Assembly: GCF_009914755.1 (NCBI RefSeq)
Contig: NC_060939.1
Source of the DNA: the human T2T-CHM13v2.0 reference genome, Homo sapiens
DNA: 64,000 nucleotides
Strand: one strand, 5' to 3'
Every line of letters starts with the position of its first letter. The first letter of the stretch is position 1. A program made the translations under genes and the position numbers. The notes beneath the pieces were generated by a model. The model ran no database searches, had not been told where the DNA came from, and was given only the letters and a program-made list of their open reading frames with translations. Shown piece after piece: positions 61,647 through 64,000 of the stretch.

Positions 61647-63019
61647 GGAACAAAACAGAGAACCCCAAAATAAAGCTTCACATCTACAACCAACTGATAT
61701 TTGATGAAGTCTACAAAAGTAAACAATGAGGAAAGAACACTTTATTCAATAAATGGTGCTAGGAAATCTGGCTAGCCATATGCAGAAGAATGAAATTCAA
61801 CCCCTACCTGTCACCACGTAAAAAAATTAACTCAAGATGGATTAAAGACTCAAATGTAAGATCTCAAACTAAAAATCCTGGAAGAAAACCTAGGCAGTGC
61901 TCTTCTGGACATCGGCCTAGGCAAAGAATTTATGATTAAGTCCTCAAAAACAAATGCCAAAAAAAAAACACAAAAATTGACAATTAGAACCCAATTAAAC
62001 TAAAGAGCTTCTGCACAGCAAAAGAAACTATCAACAGAATAAACAGACAACTTACAGAATGGGGAAAAATATTTACAAACTATCCGACAATGGTCTAATA
62101 TCCAGAATCAATAATGAACTTAAATAGCACCCTTAACTTTGGGAGGCCAAGGCAGGAGGATCACTTGAGCTGAGGAGTTCAAGATCAGCCTGGCCAACAT
62201 AGCGAGACTCTGTCTCTATTTAAAAAAAAAGGCAGACACTTCTCAAAAGAAGACTTACACAAAGCCAAGAGACATATTTTAAAAATGCTCAACATCACTA
62301 ATCATCAGAGAAATGCAAATTAAAACCACAATGAGATACCATCTTATACCAGTCAGAATGGTTATTATTAAATTTTTTTTAAAGCCAGTTTTTTTTGGTG
62401 ATATTGCAGAGAAAAGGGAACACTTATATACTGTTGGTGAGATTGTACATTAATTCAGCCCCTGTGGAAAGCAGTTTGGAGATTCCTCAAAGAACCAAAA
62501 ATAGAATTACCATTTGAGCCAGCAATTGCATTACTGGGTGTATACCCAAGGAAAAATAAATCATTCTACCAAAAAGACATCTGCACTTGCATGTTTATTA
62601 CAGCACTATTCACAATAGCAAGGTCATGGAATCAACCTAGGTGTCCATCAACAGTGGATTGGGTAAAGAAAATTTGCTACGTATACATCATGGAATACTA
62701 TGCAACCATAAAAAGGAATGAAATCATGTCCTTTGCAGCAACATGGATGTAGCTGGAGGCCATTATTCTAAGTGAATTAACAAAGAAGTAGAAAACAAAA
62801 TACCACATGTTCTCACTTATGGGTGCTAAAAATTGGGTACACACAGACATAAAGATGGCAACAATAGGCAGTGGGGACTCTAAAAGGAAGGAGAGAGTGA
62901 GAGGAGAAGGGTTGAGAAACTCCCTGTTGAGTACCATCTTCACTATTTGGGTTATGGGTTCAATAGAAGCCTAAACCTCAGCATCATGCAATATATCCCT
63001 GCAACAAACCTTCACATGT
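61647..63019 (+). mobile_element. L1PB (PB3/PB4-like) 3' segment, tail lost
   Basis: Sense ORF2 3' sequence and 3'UTR 'acataaagatggcaacaataggcagtggggact...gggttcaatagaagcctaaacctcagcatcatgcaata'. Confidence 0.9.
62136..62230 (+). mobile_element. 5'-truncated FLAM_C / AluJ left-monomer fragment in the L1PB
   Basis: 'actttgggaggccaaggcaggaggatcacttgagctgaggagttcaagatcagcctggccaacatagcgagactctgtctct' plus A tail. Confidence 0.88.
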
Positions 63020-63057
63020 TGTTTCAGTGACACACTTTACAAATACTTATGAATGCA

Positions 63058-63815
63058 GTTTTTAAAAACAGTTTTATTGAAATATTATATAATTCACATA
63101 CACAAAAATTCACCTTTTTAAGTTGTATAATTCAATTGTTTTTTGTACATTTACAGAGTTGTGGTACCCTCACCATTATCTACTTTTAGAACACTTTTTT
63201 ACCACACCCAAAAGAAATTTCATATCTATTGGCTATCACATATCCATTCTTAGTACCCCCAATCCATGGACACCGCTAATCTGTATTGTCTCTATGGCTT
63301 TGCCTATTCCGGACATTTCATATAATAGAATACATGATGGAATTATATTAAATATAGAATATTTTTATATGATAAGAATTATGTAGAATTATATGATATA
63401 TGGCCATTTGTGTCTGGCCTCTTTCTTAGCATCATGTTTTTAAAGTTCGTCCATGTTATAGCGTGTATCTGTATTGCATTCCTTTTTATGGTTAAATAAT
63501 ATTTCATTGAATCAATATGCCACATTTTATTCATTCATTGGTTGATAGACACTTGGGTTTCACTTTTTGACTATTATAAATGGTGTTGCCGAGAACATTT
63601 ATTTATTTCTCCTTTGTCGCTTTTGCTTTTGGTGTCATATCTAAGAACCCATTGCCTAACTTAAGGCTATAAAGATTTATGTTTTCTTATGAGAGTTTTA
63701 TAAGTTTTAGATCTTAAATTTAGGTCTATGATCCATTTCCACTTAAGTTTTCTTGTGAGATCAGGTCCAAATTTACTCGTTTACATATTTTTATCTAGCT
63801 GTTCCAGCACCATGG
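63058..63815 (-). mobile_element. L1MB-type 3' end with internal deletion near 63600
   Basis: 'acagttttattgaaata...ttcaccttttta...gctaatctgtattgtctctatggctttgcctattccggacatttcatat'. Jumps to 'gcttttggtgtcatatctaagaa' after 63600. Confidence 0.88.
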
Positions 63816-64000
63816 ATGAATTGTTGTGGCTCTACAGATGTGATTATATATTTAATGGTCACCATACCTGTTTGAGCAGATACTTACCCTTTACCAAATT
63901 CTTTCATAAGTTTTACATTAAGTATACTATTTTCCAAGTGAAAGTTTATGAGAAACATGGATGCATTAATTTCTTGTATGTAACTTATGTGGCCTTAGAA

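Overview
Hominoid (human or great-ape) genomic DNA, judged from AluY and L1PA3-type insertions. The window is AT-rich, CpG-depleted and intronic or intergenic. I find no recognisable cellular protein-coding exon, tRNA, rRNA or CRISPR array. The ORF track consists of transposon remnants, antisense-Alu ORFs and chance ORFs. Much of the window is interspersed repeat: (1) a complete piggyBac MITE (MER75; TTAA sites, perfect 14-bp TIRs) that still encodes a PGBD4-like N-terminal peptide behind a splice-acceptor-like site; (2) a near-full-length old L1PA15/16-like LINE with an AluY inside, next to a HAL1-like element; (3) a solo LTR1B-like ERV1 LTR; (4) LTR16, MLT1 and ERVL remnants, including a dUTPase relic; (5) six full-length Alus, a FAM/7SL 3' fragment, a FLAM-like monomer, hAT MITEs (MER58, MER30, MER5) and many MIR/L2 fragments; (6) two neighbouring 5'-inverted (twin-primed) L1s, one lacking about 1.4 kb at the inversion. 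Unique stretches contain a SOX/TCF/homeobox motif cluster (~4.0-4.3 kb), a CCAAT+TATA promoter-like arrangement (~47.4 kb), CTCF-like motifs and a few splice-site pairs. I see no credible previously undescribed biological system; the findings are candidates for follow-up. Subfamily names come from recalled consensus sequences, and boundaries of old repeats are approximate.
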